Shown one piece after another: positions 61,041 through 64,000 of a DNA stretch of 64,000 nucleotides. A program made the translations under genes and the position numbers. Origin of the DNA: Lama guanicoe (taxonomy: Eukaryota); assembly GCA_013239625.1 (NCBI GenBank), contig MU053493.1:1931793-1995792 (forward strand). The letters are read 5' to 3'. The notes under the pieces were generated by a model that ran no database searches, had not been told where the DNA came from, and worked only from the letters and a program-made list of their open reading frames with translations. Position 1 is the first letter of the stretch. The number at the start of each line of letters is the position of its first letter.

Positions 61041-63417
61041 TCAGTGTTGGTGACCTTGGGCAAAATGATTTGACCCCACATAGACTGTTCTTATTTGTCA
61101 AATGAGGACACTGAGGTCTGCTTCATGGACTTGAGGAGGATTGGATGGAACAGATGTTGCACAGGGGTCTGGGGTGTCGAGGTGCAGGCTGCCCTCCATG
61201 GCCTTCAGACTCACACCTACACCACTGTACATGTCTGTGCTCTGCCCCCTCCCCTAGTGGTCCCCTCCAGGACCCCAGGGAGATTCAGGCACAGGTGAGT
61301 GAGACCATCTGGGGCCGAGCCACTGTTTGAAGCCTCTGTTGACCACCCCCCTTCCAGATAATCACTCCCCAGGTGGCGGTGGGGAGCTTCTAGGCATGGC
61401 TCTGGGGGACCCCCACCTCTGCCCTGTTTCTCCAATGGGTGCTTCCGATGAAGGCTTCCTCCAGCAGGGAAGACACTGAGCACCTTATTCTTCTTGTCCA
61501 AGCTGCGCAGAGATGTTCTGATACACGTGTGTACATACTAGGCCATAGAAAGGAAATTAATAGGAGAAATCACTCTGAGGAGAGAGAATCTCCCTTAAAC
61601 CTATCTCTGTTTTTTGTTGTCCTGTCTCCCTCTGGTGGCTTAGGGTTGGTTCAAGAATCTAGCAAAAGAAAAACAATTTATTCTCAAACACGCAGGGCCA
61701 GCCACTTCAGTCTTAGATGGAGGCTGTTTGATCCTTGCTCTGCATGTCATGATTGGAGTTGAGGATTGTGTCTGAGATCCTGAAATCCACGCCCCCTCAT
61801 TGGCCACTCCTCTCTGCTTCCTAATGAGTGTCCAGGCGGGTGGGATGCTTGAGACACTGTTGTATGAGGTGTTTTCCATTTGAAGAAAGAGCAAGGTAGG
61901 AGTGACAGGAACCCCTGCGGAGATGGGTGTCTGCTGGGGTTGCAACAAAGCCTCTAGTCCTCCCCTGGCCTCTTCCCAGGAAGGTGTCCGTGGGTGCGGG
62001 TGGTGGACTCTACTGCCTGGGATGGGGCGTCCCTCACAACAGCAGTCTGTACCCCAAGGTGGGCCCCAGATCCGGTGAGGAGATGGGCCAGCCTTTGATA
62101 AACCTCCTCTGGGACATGGAGCGAGACAGGAGCGTGAACCTTGGGGAGGTCCGGGAGCTGACCAAGGTCACCCTGGGGAACGGGCAAGGGGGCATTAGGA
62201 GACAGAGGCCTCAGAAGGCTGACCCCTCATCCCCAGGGATAGGGGCCACAGAGTGCCACGTGAACCCCCGCCCCATGGACATGGCAAGGGGACACTTGCC
62301 GAGGACTGGCTGAGAGTGTGGGATGGGCTGTTACTCCAGGGCTTCTGGGACCACCTGCACTTTCCCCCAGAACAGAGTGGCGGTGGGGAGGTCATACTGA
62401 GGGGCTGTGCTTACCCTGCAGGCTTAGGCTCACATCTTCCCCACTGGGGCAAGGCTCTGGAAAGGCACCCCTTCCTCCCAGTTCATGCTCCTTTCCTCCA
62501 GACACGGATGGCAGAGATGGGGCTAAGACTTGTGGGAAGTCCACCAGCATGCTGTGGGGGTCACCAGGTGTCCATTTGTGGGGGACAGCATCTGTGACCT
62601 ACACAGACTGGGCGACCGGGCTCTGGAGGGGCTGAGGGGGCAGTGCCTTGGGTCCAGTTCCCTGAGGGTCTAGTTGAGGCATCCACAAGTGTTATCAGAG
62701 ATTCCTGGAGGAAGCACCAAGGGGAGGGGCTGTATCCTCTGGGCACAGCTGGGGAGGATGTCAGAGTCAATGGGGAGAATGGGGGTTCCAGAGCAGTGGT
62801 GTCATGATGCCTGGGGTCCCCCAGATCTGTGCTGTCAGGACGGGAGCTGACCTGGGGCACTCCTGAGTTGGGACCTGCCAGGGCCCGTTGTTACTAATGT
62901 TAGTTTTCTTTGAAACTTCAGAATATTTCACCATGTTCTAAAGCACATCATAGAATCGACTTCTGTACAAGTGCTGTGGTTCTGGTGTGAAGAGATGGTT
63001 GTTGCTTTTTGCATCTGCAGTGTCCTGGCATGTAGGTCTGTCTGCTGTGTGAACCCTGGATGTGGCTCTTCAGGCTAAAGGGCACAGGCTGGGACTGATT
63101 TTGGAGCTTGAGTCTAAGGTCCATGGAGCTGAAGTTTGTTCGAATGAAAGTGTAACGTACAGATATCTTTCCAGGCATCCCCAGCTCGCAGTGCCCGGGC
63201 AACTGGAGTGGGGACGCAGGCAGGAGCTGGGACCCCCATTTCTAGGGCTCTGCTGACATTGGGGTGAGAGGCCAGTGAGACTTCTCCCACCCCCACGGGC
63301 ATGTACGTTGGACCCAGAACCCTGGGTTTTGGGGCTCCAGTCCTGAAAGCAGTGGTAGGCCCTTAGAGGCTTCAAGCAGGGGAGGGAGAATGATCATGTT
63401 TCTGGTCTCAAGGCCCT

Positions 63418-63438
63418 CTCAGCACCATGGAGAGCAGC
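63418..63438 (+). promoter_or_regulatory. RE1/NRSE (REST binding site)
   Basis: CTCAGCACCATGGAGAGCAGC; perfect TCAGCACC left half and the tolerated GGAGAG right-half variant. Confidence 0.65.
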
Positions 63439-63457
63439 CTGTGGGCAGCAGATCCCT

Positions 63458-63815
63458 GTCTCTATCCTGGCAGCTGAGACAAAGCATCACATTCTAGGTG
63501 GCATGTAAACAACAGAAAAGTGTTGCTCACGATTCTAGAAGCTGGAAGCCAGCTCAGGGGCCAGCATGGCTGCGTCTGGTGAGGGCCCTCTCCTAAGCTG
63601 CAGACGGCTGCCTTCTCTGTCCTAACCTGGCAGAAGGGGGCAAGGGTGCTGTCTGGGATCTCTCTGATTAGGGCACTGATCCCACTCAGGAGGGCTCCAC
63701 CTTCGTGACCTAATCACCTATCCAAGACCCCACGTCTTACTACCTGTCACACTAGGGGTTGAGATTTAACATATGAATTGGGGATCAGGGGACACAGACA
63801 CACAGTCCACTGTGA
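63458..63815. mobile_element. MaLR solo LTR (MLT1A-like)
   Basis: aaacaacagaa...ctcacgattctagaagctggaag...tctggtgagggcc...gggctccaccttcgtgacctaatcacct...acatatgaattggg. Confidence 0.85.
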
Positions 63816-64000
63816 TTCACATGGGCTGGTTGAAGATGGTTGTCACTGACCAGAGAGAATGGGATGATGGTGGTGGCAGAACTGGGGAAAGTGGACAGAC
63901 TCCTGTTCAGTTTAGTGGTGAAATGGACAGGACTTGGGAGGGGGTGGATATGGGGTGAAGACTGGCCTCGCTGGGTGGGTGGCCAGGTTGCTTTGAGATC

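Larger units (their letters stand above)
63330..64000. mobile_element. Decayed L2 remnant interrupted by a MaLR LTR
   Basis: Purine-rich L2-like text on both sides of the LTR (ggcttcaagcagggga...; ttggatatggggtg-like near 63945). Confidence 0.4.

Noticed and set aside
1..64000. CRISPR arrays, operons, prokaryotic or viral defence systems, or a novel multi-gene system
   Set aside because: The sequence is mammalian intron; recurring motifs are dispersed SINE/LINE copies, not repeat-spacer arrays, and no unexplained coding region was found.

Overview
This is mammalian genomic DNA, very probably camelid (alpaca/llama/camel), judging by about 12 copies of a tRNA-Ala(AGC)-derived vic-1-type SINE and cetartiodactyl-type L1 3' ends. 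The window appears to lie inside the neuronal adaptor gene APBA2 (Mint2/X11-beta) on the + strand. Three coding exons are recognisable: 28579-29569 (ATG at 28619), 51895-51975 and 53251-53287. The upstream non-coding exons were not identified and the PTB/PDZ exons lie beyond the window. The rest is intron, packed with layered transposon fossils: L1, SINE, ERV/MaLR solo LTRs, a near full-length Tigger1, a MER82/Tigger6-like element, MER5/MER20/MER96, MIR and L2. Almost all other ORF-track entries are spurious. I found no support for a new multi-gene system. The most notable signals are: three RE1/NRSE (REST) motifs; a tandem GC-box/CRE/CCAAT module and a strong-Kozak micro-uORF just before the start codon; a 10-bp-phased CP2/Grainyhead-type motif array; two apparent locally templated insertions inside young retroelements; a closely spaced inverted SINE pair; and a possible translatable single-exon circRNA. 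Repeat family names and human comparisons come from recall, not from a database search, and repeat boundaries are approximate unless TSDs are quoted.
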